Under the pieces are notes generated by a model that made no database searches, was not told the DNA's origin, and saw nothing but the letters and a program-made list of their open reading frames with translations. A program made the position numbers and the translations under genes. DNA of 59,414 nt from an uncultured Candidatus Saccharibacteria bacterium (GTDB lineage Bacteria; Patescibacteriota; Minisyncoccia; UBA6257; UBA11618). Shown here in pieces: positions 1 through 7,610 of this stretch (position 1 is its first letter; every line of letters begins with the position of its first letter). The stretch covers positions 1-59,414 of the forward strand of contig CAYICS010000005.1 of NCBI GenBank assembly GCA_964362125.1, read 5' to 3'.

Positions 1-55
1 CAACGACTAAAACTAGAATAGCTAAAATCCATAACGTAAGCTTTTTTGTAGCCAT
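1..55 (-). CDS. 5' end of a membrane/secreted protein (runs off window)
   Basis: ATG at 55 reads MATKKLTLWILAILVLVV, a signal/TM-like N-terminus. Confidence 0.6.
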   Translation of the reverse strand, partial: MATKKLTLWILAILVLVV

Positions 56-178
56 CTTTAAATCTTTAAATATTTAAATGTTTTTGTATTTGTTTTGAGA
101 CCTTTGCTTTTAATTCTAACACAGTTTGACAGCCGCAACCCCTTACTTGTGGATAACTATTAAAGCATTAAAGCAATC

Positions 179-601
179 CTAATACCCAAATTCATCCGAA
201 TGATCCGAATGACCCGAATGGTTCATATGATAATGGCTGTTTAGAATTCTTTTAGGACTAAGATAGATTTTCCGAAAATTAATTATTAACCCTAATTCTA
301 GATTGGCCGCTTCTAAGTATCTCTGCATTTGAAAATAATCTTCTTTGGTAATGAAATTTTTAGCTTTTAAATCTAATAGAATTTTATTATCAATTAAAAA
401 ATCCACTCTATTGCCATCTGGGGCTTCGCTCCTTAATCTTTTTATCTCAAACTCTCTTTGATAAGAAAGGCCAGCCCCTTTTAGTAATTCTTCTAATCTA
501 TCGGCGTATTGTCTTTCTCGACAAAATCTTCCTAATTCTCTATGCGCCTTAAAACATAACCCAGTTATCTTATAAGATAATTTTGGATGAACTAGGGTCA
601 T
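179..601 (-). CDS. GxxExxY protein (PD-(D/E)xK-like nuclease fold)
   Basis: LGRFCRERQY, RVDFLIDNKILLDLKAK, QMQRYL, LGLIINF; start at MTLVHPKLSY preferred. Confidence 0.85.
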   Translation of the reverse strand: MTLVHPKLSYKITGLCFKAHRELGRFCRERQYADRLEELLKGAGLSYQREFEIKRLRSEAPDGNRVDFLIDNKILLDLKAKNFITKEDYFQMQRYLEAANLELGLIINFRKIYLSPKRILNSHYHMNHSGHSDHSDEFGY

Positions 602-661
602 ATTAGAAGCATTCGGTATTAGGGGCATTCGGATTTAATTCGGATATTAGGATTAGCTTAT

Positions 662-1282
662 CTACTTATAAATAACTATAGGGAAGGTAAAGCTCTTCTT
701 TTCCTCGCCTTTTTCATTGGTCACAGTCACCACCGCATTGTAACTGCCGGCCTCCACCCAAGAGTGTTCAAAAGTCTTTTTTTCTTTGGCTGGCAAAGTC
801 CCCTCCTCTTTCTGACCATCGCCCCAGTCAAAAATATACTTAATGACTTCTTCCCCGCTTTCCAACTGCAAAGACAATCCCTGCTTCACCGGCCGGACAA
901 TAGCCACTTTGTTGGGACCGAGATTCTGGGCCAACCCCAAGACATTAGCTGTTTCCTCTTTGAAACTTTCCGCCGCTTTCTTGCCCACATCCTCAATGAT
1001 GGCGCCGGCAAATTCCTTGGGTGTCTGGGTGGCGCTTTTCCAGATTTTCTGAGTCAAGTCTTCGCTAAGCACTTTTAATTCCTTGAACGACTGGGGGCTT
1101 TTTTCTAAAAGCTTAGGCAGATTTTCAAACTTGAAAGTGGTTTTTTTTCGTTCGGTTAAACCCGGAACGCCTCCCCACCACCAATAGATGCCGCCGGCTA
1201 TGAGAGCCAGAATAATCAGATAAAACCAAAACCCGCCTCCACTGCCCTTTGCTTCCGGATATTCGCGGTACTGTCTGGCCAT
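662..1282 (-). CDS. Membrane-anchored PKD-domain protein
   Basis: N-terminal TM; YIFDWGDG...HSWVEAGSYNAVVTV. Confidence 0.75.
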   Translation of the reverse strand: MARQYREYPEAKGSGGGFWFYLIILALIAGGIYWWWGGVPGLTERKKTTFKFENLPKLLEKSPQSFKELKVLSEDLTQKIWKSATQTPKEFAGAIIEDVGKKAAESFKEETANVLGLAQNLGPNKVAIVRPVKQGLSLQLESGEEVIKYIFDWGDGQKEEGTLPAKEKKTFEHSWVEAGSYNAVVTVTNEKGEEKKSFTFPIVIYK

Positions 1283-1294
1283 ACCTTTACTATA

Positions 1295-1348
1295 TAATTT
1301 TCAATTACCAATTTTCAATTTTCATTTAATGTACCTTAATTGAAAATT
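1295..1348. repeat. 54-bp heptamer-based element, identical copy at 57323-57376
   Basis: TAATTTTCAATTACCAATTTTCAATTTTCATTTAATGTACCTTAATTGAAAATT at both loci. Confidence 0.85.
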
Positions 1349-2376
1349 TCTTCGCGATATTTATTATTAGGATTCCAGATGAGCCAGCCGTGATTAAGGC
1401 CGAAATCAGTGATGGCTTTCATCTGGGCCCGGACCATCTCCGGAGTATAGATGGCGCCCAGATTAAAATCCTGAATCCAGGGCCGGACGTTTTTGATATC
1501 GGGCCTTTGCTCTAATGTCTTAAACATCACTTCATAAGGATGGTCGGCTGGGTTGTCAAAACCAAAATTGCCCGGATCATAATGAGAGGGATAAATCATC
1601 GGGTAAATAAAATCAAAAATCTTGGCCAGCTCAGCCGCGTCCTGCCCCACTCCGATGTCCCGCTCCCGGAGGAAGGTGTAGCCGAAAAGGTCGGCGGTCA
1701 ATTGCGCCTCTGGATATTCGGCCTTGAGTTTGTCTTTGATCCAGATACTGAACTGCTGGATGATTTCCCGCTGACCTTTCTCTGGGTAACGGATATAGTC
1801 AAAGTTAATTTCGCCAAAGCCGGCGGCGGCCGCTTGCTTGGTTAGACTCCAGATATACTCCCAGTTTCTCTGATCAGCCGGATCCAGCCAATGCCTCCCT
1901 CCTTCATCCCGATACAAATTCGCTTCCTCGGAGGAAGCGAATTTGAAAGTTTGATCGGGGTGGGCTTGGGCGTATTGGTTATTTTGGAAAACAACAATGC
2001 GGGCAATAGGGAAAATTTTGAGGAAACGGAGACGCCGGACAACCGTTTTTATTTCACTGTCAAGTAAAAAATTGCCTTGGGCGTCCTGAACATCAATGAT
2101 CGCCGCATTGAGAACCAGCTCTGGCGCTGATTCACTCATTGACCGCTTCACCAGCTTAATAATCTTTTCCATCCGGTCGCTTTCGGCAGTGCCGGCAGTC
2201 AAATAGATGGCGTGGATGGTTTCGTATTTAGGCAAAGGCGGCAGAGGCGTCACTGCTTCGGTAATTTGCGATAACAAATTCTCGCTGGAAAGCGAGAATT
2301 TGTTATTAGATGATATGGCGGCAAAGACCAAAACTAACAGAACTAATAATAGAACAATGAAGATCAGCCAGCGCAC
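1336..2376 (-). CDS. Putative glycoside hydrolase (DUF4015-like)
   Basis: GFGEINFDYIRYP, PMIYPSHY, VRPWIQDF, GWLIWNP. Confidence 0.8.
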   Translation of the reverse strand: MRWLIFIVLLLVLLVLVFAAISSNNKFSLSSENLLSQITEAVTPLPPLPKYETIHAIYLTAGTAESDRMEKIIKLVKRSMSESAPELVLNAAIIDVQDAQGNFLLDSEIKTVVRRLRFLKIFPIARIVVFQNNQYAQAHPDQTFKFASSEEANLYRDEGGRHWLDPADQRNWEYIWSLTKQAAAAGFGEINFDYIRYPEKGQREIIQQFSIWIKDKLKAEYPEAQLTADLFGYTFLRERDIGVGQDAAELAKIFDFIYPMIYPSHYDPGNFGFDNPADHPYEVMFKTLEQRPDIKNVRPWIQDFNLGAIYTPEMVRAQMKAITDFGLNHGWLIWNPNNKYREEIFN

Positions 2377-2383
2377 CCAGCTA

Positions 2384-2959
2384 TTATAGACTGAGCAGGA
2401 CGTTTATGGAAGCGCCGTCAGGCACTGCCACCTGAATGTCTTTAACTGATTCGGTGGAGGCGCCGCTGTCGGCGCTCAAAGTCCGCACCCGGACTTTGTC
2501 ATAGGTGATCGGCGCCAGCTGGGCCCGGAAAATTTCCTTGCCGCCCGGACCAACCTGACTATAACCATCATAAACCAACACCCAGGGATCGCCGCCAGCC
2601 GCTGTCTTGGCAGAATTATAAAAGTAAATTTCGCGGACAATCACCGGCTTTTCTGAAGAGACGATCAAACCCACTTCACCCACACCAGCCGGCACACCAG
2701 AGGTAACTGTTAATAATGGCTGGTTTGAGCCAGCGGCGCCGCCCACAGTTTGTTCGACAGAGGCCGCCTGCTCTTCAGCGCCAGCGGTGGTTTCCCCCGC
2801 CTGTTTCTGACCAGTCCAGGTGGCTAATTTGATACCGACTAAAAGAACTATCACTATCAGCACTAAAATGCCGATATTCCAGCCCGAAGCCTCGCCCGAC
2901 TGGGCGGGGGTTTCCTCGTTCCTCCCGGGCAATAGAGGATTTTGGGGAGTTTGTTCCAT
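2384..2959 (-). CDS. Hypothetical single-TM protein
   Basis: 191-aa ORF with one TM segment, co-oriented with neighbours. Confidence 0.65.
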   Translation of the reverse strand: MEQTPQNPLLPGRNEETPAQSGEASGWNIGILVLIVIVLLVGIKLATWTGQKQAGETTAGAEEQAASVEQTVGGAAGSNQPLLTVTSGVPAGVGEVGLIVSSEKPVIVREIYFYNSAKTAAGGDPWVLVYDGYSQVGPGGKEIFRAQLAPITYDKVRVRTLSADSGASTESVKDIQVAVPDGASINVLLSL

Positions 2960-3009
2960 GGCTTGGATACTAGTTCAAGTGCTTTTTGGATGTCAAGACG
3001 CTCTGACTG

Positions 3010-3120
3010 TAAATCCTAAATAAACTAAAACTCTAAACTCTAAATCCTAAACTCTAAACAAATCCAAAATCCAAAACTCAAAATCCAAAAACGTTTTTGA
3101 GTTTAGAGCTTAGAGTTTTT
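3010..3120. repeat. Degenerate heptamer array with inverted arm
   Basis: CTCTAAA/TCCAAAA-like units followed by inverted TTTAGAG-like units. Confidence 0.7.
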
Positions 3121-4153
3121 AAAAACTAACTCCAGCTTCTCTCAATACTCTCAGCAACGGCGCCACACTAATCGAAGTAGAGCTCAGACTAAAGTCTTCT
3201 TTAGAACTGACAATGCCCATCACTGAGCCGCGCCAGAAAACCGGTGAGCCGGAGCGGCCGCCAATGGTTTCCATCTGCGCCTGAATACCGATGGCGCCGC
3301 CAGCGAATTGCTTGTCACCAACAATTACAGCCGTGGTCTGACCAACACTGCCTTGCAAAAAGAAGCGGCCGCCGTACTGGGGATTGCCGCTGGGAAAACC
3401 AAAAGTAACGATTTCCTCGCCATCAGCCGGAACTTCATCAGTTACCATGGGACTAAATTGGAAACTGGCCGGAAGGGAGGTGTAGCCAAAGGCCGGGCCG
3501 TCGCTATTAACCCCGCTGATTTTCAAAAGGCCGATGTCAATAAAATTAAATTCGGCCTCGCTCCAGCCGGCGCCGCTGGCAACAAAAAATTTTTCAGCGC
3601 GGTAGGGCAGGATATCAACGATGGTAAAGGGATTGATGGCCCGGATCTGACTGATGGTGGGAGTGGTGGTGCCGGCCGGCGGCTGACCAACATCGCAACC
3701 TTGAAAATCGTAACCAGCGGCTCCCTGATTGCCGCCGGTGATCTGATAAGCATAATCCAAATCAAAGACATGGCGGGCAGTGAGAATGACACCTTGAGGG
3801 CTGATAATCACCCCAGAACCGAAGGCCTGCTTTTTTCTGCCTTGGTTATTAACAAAATCACAGCGCAGAACAACCGCAGTCTGAAGATTGATGGGGCGAG
3901 TAATGGGAGCAGTGGGGGTGATGGGGATGGCTGGGATAATAGCTGGGGCGATGGCTGGCGCCGGCGGTGTTGACACTGGCAGGGGCTGAGGCAGGGGCTG
4001 GCTGACTATTGTCGCCGGCTCGGCTGTTTCTGTTATCTGAGCTGGTTTGGTCAGAGCCGCCGGCTTGAGGACTATGGACGCTGGTTCAATATTAATCAGA
4101 GCGACGCCAGCGGCGGCCACTGCTATTAAAATGATCAAAATTATTCTAACCAA
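3119..4153 (-). CDS. Secreted trypsin-like serine protease
   Basis: GSGVIISPQGVILTARHV, DIGLLKI, GRSGSPV; Pro-rich linker. Confidence 0.85.
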   Translation of the reverse strand: MVRIILIILIAVAAAGVALINIEPASIVLKPAALTKPAQITETAEPATIVSQPLPQPLPVSTPPAPAIAPAIIPAIPITPTAPITRPINLQTAVVLRCDFVNNQGRKKQAFGSGVIISPQGVILTARHVFDLDYAYQITGGNQGAAGYDFQGCDVGQPPAGTTTPTISQIRAINPFTIVDILPYRAEKFFVASGAGWSEAEFNFIDIGLLKISGVNSDGPAFGYTSLPASFQFSPMVTDEVPADGEEIVTFGFPSGNPQYGGRFFLQGSVGQTTAVIVGDKQFAGGAIGIQAQMETIGGRSGSPVFWRGSVMGIVSSKEDFSLSSTSISVAPLLRVLREAGVSF

Positions 4154-4556
4154 GGCCGGCTAAAATAAAAATGATGGTGCAGAGGGCGGCGGAAATTAAA
4201 CACCAACTGCACCACTGTTTAAGTTCAAAGGCCTGAATGGCGGTCAGATAAAGAGAGAAAGAAAAGGCCAGCGCTGTGGCCGCCTTGATATAAAAAGTCA
4301 TCATGGCGGTGGCTAAAGCCGGCATCAGCAAAAATAAAAGATAGGTAATAACCACCAGACCGTAGTAAAGCATTCCCAAGACTGTCACCTGAATTCCCCC
4401 AAAAGCGGAATAGCCGCTGTGAATAACCGAGTCACATTCAAATTTCAGCGGACAGATCAGCGGCTTTCTTTCAGACAACAACTTGTGACGGTAAATATAA
4501 TTGGCAATTAAAAATCCTGCGACCGCCGCCGCAATTATTAACAAATAAACAGGCAT
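4146..4556 (-). CDS. Vitamin K epoxide reductase (VKOR) family protein
   Basis: CPLKFECDSVIHS and WCSWCL (CxxC), several TM segments. Confidence 0.9.
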   Translation of the reverse strand: MPVYLLIIAAAVAGFLIANYIYRHKLLSERKPLICPLKFECDSVIHSGYSAFGGIQVTVLGMLYYGLVVITYLLFLLMPALATAMMTFYIKAATALAFSFSLYLTAIQAFELKQWCSWCLISAALCTIIFILAGLG

Positions 4557-4579
4557 TGGTTAATTATATCATTAATAGA

Positions 4580-4836
4580 GCTTTTGGTCGCTGCCTAGCC
4601 GCCCCCACACTCTTCGCAGCAACCTGTGTAGTGGAAGGGATAAATTCCTGAGCTTCTCCGAACAAAATACCCAACAAATCAGCTGTTTGAGCTCTGAATC
4701 CCGAGCCGGGTCGAGGGAGAGGGCGAGTTCTGATTTTTGGGTTTATTTTGGAGGAGAAGCGAAGATTGAATTTATCTGTAACGGAATGGTTGCGAGAGGA
4801 GTGTGGGGACGGCTTAATGGCACGGGTACCAAAAGC
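4580..4836 (+). ncRNA. Unassigned ~257-nt rod-shaped structured element, copy 1
   Basis: End-to-end self-complementarity; homologous covarying copy at 55228-55523 (-). Confidence 0.65.
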
Positions 4837-4842
4837 GATACC

Positions 4843-5010
4843 TTAACAACGGCACTTGGCCTCGGCTTCGCCGCAACCCACGCACTTGGGCAGGCAATGT
4901 TCGCCGCCGCACTCATGATTCTCGTCGTGCTCATCAGCCTCGGCCCCGCACTGATCACACTTGTACCCCTCGCACTTCATGCCGCACTTTTTACAATTTT
5001 GTTCGTCCAT
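4843..5010 (-). CDS. 55-aa Cys/His-rich metallothionein-like protein (not in ORF track)
   Basis: MDEQNCKKCGMKCEGYKCDQCGAEADEHDENHECGGEHCLPKCVGCGEAEAKCRC; TGnTATAAT just upstream. Confidence 0.75.
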   Translation of the reverse strand: MDEQNCKKCGMKCEGYKCDQCGAEADEHDENHECGGEHCLPKCVGCGEAEAKCRC

Positions 5011-5089
5011 CTTCTTATTATAACATAGCTGTCAAGTATTGAGAAAGTCTGTGTCGGTTCCTCGAGTTTGACTAATAGAGAATCGGGGG

Positions 5090-5159
5090 CTGGAAACTGG
5101 AGACTGGAAACTGGAGACTGGAAACTGGAGACTGGAAACTGGAGACTGGAAACTGGTGA
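5090..5159. repeat. Tandem (CTGGAAA CTGGAGA)n array, 10 heptamers
   Basis: Read directly; last unit degenerate (CTGGTGA). Confidence 0.9.
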
Positions 5160-5304
5160 CCCAAAGCCCGCTGCGCCCAAAAGCGCGCGGGTTTTTTAAT
5201 TAATAACCCCACTCTTGAGGAATTCTCGCCTGAGCAACTCTCGCTCGCTTGAGGAATTCTCGAGGAAATCTCGCTTGAGGAGCTCTCGGGGAACTCTCAC
5301 TAAA

Positions 5305-5348
5305 TTAGTACTCACTTATGGCCCGATCGGGCCATAAGTGAGTACTAA
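5305..5348. repeat. 44-bp perfect palindrome, copy 1
   Basis: TTAGTACTCACTTATGGCCCGA|TCGGGCCATAAGTGAGTACTAA. Confidence 0.95.
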
Positions 5349-5389
5349 CTCAAAACATCTCAAAACACCTTAAAACTCCCTAAAAATCA

Positions 5390-5944
5390 TTAAACTTCTA
5401 TTGTCCCCTGTTGTTTAATAGTAAAAATATGAATGCACGATAAAATATTGATATTACTTAAATAATTAATAAACTTTTCCGGAAGGGGGCCTCGCCCCAG
5501 CCAAACACTTTTCTGGAGTCGTCTAAAACCTAACAGCGCTAACTGAATTCTAAGAGATTTTCTTTTCCAGCTTTCTTTTTCCGGGATGTCAAAAATAATT
5601 ATGGTGTCCGGCGGGCCTTTTGGAATTTCTAGCTGGGATTCTTTTTCTTTTTTTATATTCTCCAAAAAATTCTCCCCCTCGGAAGTAATCTGCCACACCC
5701 CGCGCCCCTCGTTTGTCACTAAGCCAGATTTTTTAAGTTTCAGCAAATAATTTTTTAGGGTTTGATATTTTATTCGTTCCAGTTCCCATTCTTCTTCTTT
5801 CTCTTGCAGATATTCATTAGCTAAAGACATTAGCAACTTAAGGCCGCCGCGACCCCCCAAACCAGCAGCTAAAAGAGATAAAATAACAGTGACTATTTGT
5901 GAACGGCCGCTTAATCTTCTAAACTCCCTTAAATTTCTTCCCAT
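5390..5944 (-). CDS. PaaX-like regulator (wHTH plus Cas2-like C-terminal domain)
   Basis: LKKSGLV...WQITSEG; IIIFDIPEKESWKRKSLR...LGFRRLQKSVW. Confidence 0.8.
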   Translation of the reverse strand: MGRNLREFRRLSGRSQIVTVILSLLAAGLGGRGGLKLLMSLANEYLQEKEEEWELERIKYQTLKNYLLKLKKSGLVTNEGRGVWQITSEGENFLENIKKEKESQLEIPKGPPDTIIIFDIPEKESWKRKSLRIQLALLGFRRLQKSVWLGRGPLPEKFINYLSNINILSCIHIFTIKQQGTIEV

Positions 5945-5993
5945 ACTCTTATATTCTTATATCTTTATTCTGCCTATATTCTTAATAAAATAA

Positions 5994-6035
5994 TAGTACT
6001 CACTTATGGCCCGATCGGGCCATAAGTGAGTACTA
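5994..6035. repeat. 42-bp perfect palindrome, copy 2
   Basis: Identical to the core of 5305-5348. Confidence 0.95.
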
Positions 6036-6080
6036 GTGGGTATTGTGGGTATTATTGGGTACTTTGCGGATTTATGCAGA

Positions 6081-6698
6081 TTATTCCAGCAGATTATTCC
6101 AGTTGACGACATTCCACCAGGCCTCAATATATTCAGTGCGGCGGTTCTGATATTTCAAATAGTAGGCATGCTCCCAGACGTCCAACCCCAGCACCGGCGT
6201 CCAGCCTTGCAGTAAAGGGCTGTCTTGGTTGGGAGTGGTGATTACTTTCAGCGCGCCGCTCTGATCTTTCACCAGCCAGGCCCAGCCTGAGCCGAAAAGC
6301 CCGGCGGCTGCGGCGGTAAATTGTTTTTTAAATTCGTCTAAACTGCCGAAAGCGTCATTTATAGGGTTTAGGGTAGAGGGTTTAGGGATTAGGGTATTGG
6401 CCGGAGCCATAATCCGCCAAAAAAAAGAGTGGTTCAAATGCCCTCCGCCGTGGTTGCGCACCGCTGTCCGAATATCCTCTGGCACCGAATCTATATTTTT
6501 TAACATCTCCTCTAACGCCTCTATCTCGGGCTTGCCCTCCGTAGCTTTAGCGAAGGAGGGGTGCTTGGCTAAAGCCTCATTAAGCCGATCCACATAAGTC
6601 TGGTGGTGCTTAGTGTGATGAAGTTCCATAGTGCGCGCGTCAATATACGGCTCAAGAGCGTCGTAGGGATAGGGCAGAGGCGGCAGTTCGTATTTCAT
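6081..6698 (-). CDS. sodA: Fe/Mn superoxide dismutase
   Basis: [33 protein letters not shown]. Confidence 0.95.
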   Translation of the reverse strand: MKYELPPLPYPYDALEPYIDARTMELHHTKHHQTYVDRLNEALAKHPSFAKATEGKPEIEALEEMLKNIDSVPEDIRTAVRNHGGGHLNHSFFWRIMAPANTLIPKPSTLNPINDAFGSLDEFKKQFTAAAAGLFGSGWAWLVKDQSGALKVITTPNQDSPLLQGWTPVLGLDVWEHAYYLKYQNRRTEYIEAWWNVVNWNNLLE

Positions 6699-6744
6699 AT
6701 CTTTAAATATAAACTAAAATCCTGAATTTCCAAAAAATGTACAT

Positions 6745-6939
6745 TTACCCCTTACCCACTGGCTCTATCCCCAAATCACGACAGATCTTTCTTGCCAAAA
6801 AAGAATCTACTTCATTATGACGAGGCAGACTCGATGTCCTTTCTGACAAAGGATTAAAAAAGACGCTATGCCGAGCGCCTTCTCTAACTAAAACGCAACC
6901 CTTCTTTGTTAAGTAACGAATAAGATCGCGTCTTTTCAT
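6745..6939 (-). CDS. hicA: HicA family toxin
   Basis: REGARHSVF, LPRHNEV, ICRDLGI. Confidence 0.85.
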   Translation of the reverse strand: MKRRDLIRYLTKKGCVLVREGARHSVFFNPLSERTSSLPRHNEVDSFLARKICRDLGIEPVGKG

Positions 6940-6945
6940 TTAGTA

Positions 6946-7164
6946 CTAACTGACAGAAAGCGACTCCCGAATAATCCCTCTTTTAGCAATAATACTTCTT
7001 CTGGTGATAAGCCGATTGGTTTCTAAAATAAGCCGGAGCGCTTCTTTTAAATTCTCCTTAGCTTCTTTCAAAGTCCTGCCCTGGGTATTAACACCGAGAA
7101 TTTCCTCTACCCAGCCTAGATACCATTTACCGCTCTTTTTATAAATAGCCGTAAATTTTCTCAT
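6946..7164 (-). CDS. hicB: HicB family antitoxin (short form)
   Basis: GVNTQGRTLKEAKENLKEAL. Confidence 0.85.
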   Translation of the reverse strand: MRKFTAIYKKSGKWYLGWVEEILGVNTQGRTLKEAKENLKEALRLILETNRLITRRSIIAKRGIIRESLSVS

Positions 7165-7237
7165 TATCTTTTTATTATAACACAGTCATTGTCAATTGCA
7201 ATTATTTTAGAGAGGCGGCAGTTCGTATTTCATTACA

Positions 7238-7426
7238 CTATTTCTTTTTACTAAAGGCGGCGTAGGCCAGCAAGCCCGACACTACCAAGGCCAGCCAACT
7301 CACCCAAACTGACAGTATCACCCCGCCGATCACAGCCTCCCAGCCATAGATCAGCCGCGCCCCGTGCAGGAGGAAAATCGCCAGAAAGACGATGCCAACC
7401 ACAAAATTAAAAGTTTTTTGTCTCAT
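7238..7426 (-). CDS. Small 2-TM membrane protein
   Basis: 62 aa, hydrophobic; TGCTATAAT just upstream. Confidence 0.7.
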   Translation of the reverse strand: MRQKTFNFVVGIVFLAIFLLHGARLIYGWEAVIGGVILSVWVSWLALVVSGLLAYAAFSKKK

Positions 7427-7452
7427 CTTAGTATTATAGCAAAATATATAGC

Positions 7453-7488
7453 AAAAAAAGAGGCGCCCTAACCCAAAAGAGCGCCCCC
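7453..7488 (-). terminator. Intrinsic terminator downstream of the sigma factor gene
   Basis: GGGGCGCTCT/AGGGCGCCTC stem followed by T7. Confidence 0.7.
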
Positions 7489-7610
7489 GCCCTGTTCCCT
7501 ACCTCCTTGGTTTGGGCATAGACCACTATCATTATCCAAGCAACACCAAGCGCTCACTTAGCGGAGCTGTCCAGGAGGGACAGGCCCACCCGGACACACC
7601 ACAAAGTGTG

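Noticed and set aside
4580-4836. Rod element as SRP RNA, riboswitch, self-cleaving ribozyme or retron
   Set aside because: No SRP helix-8 motif, no hammerhead or hairpin core, orientation to neighbours is inconsistent, and no reverse transcriptase is in the window
4977-5180. 67-aa ORF with repeated SSLQFPVSSFQ
   Set aside because: It is a translation of the heptamer array and overlaps the better-supported Cys-rich ORF
5090-6060. Possible CRISPR locus (Cas2-like gene plus repeats)
   Set aside because: No repeat-spacer periodicity with unique spacers and no cas1 or effector; the protein is PaaX-like
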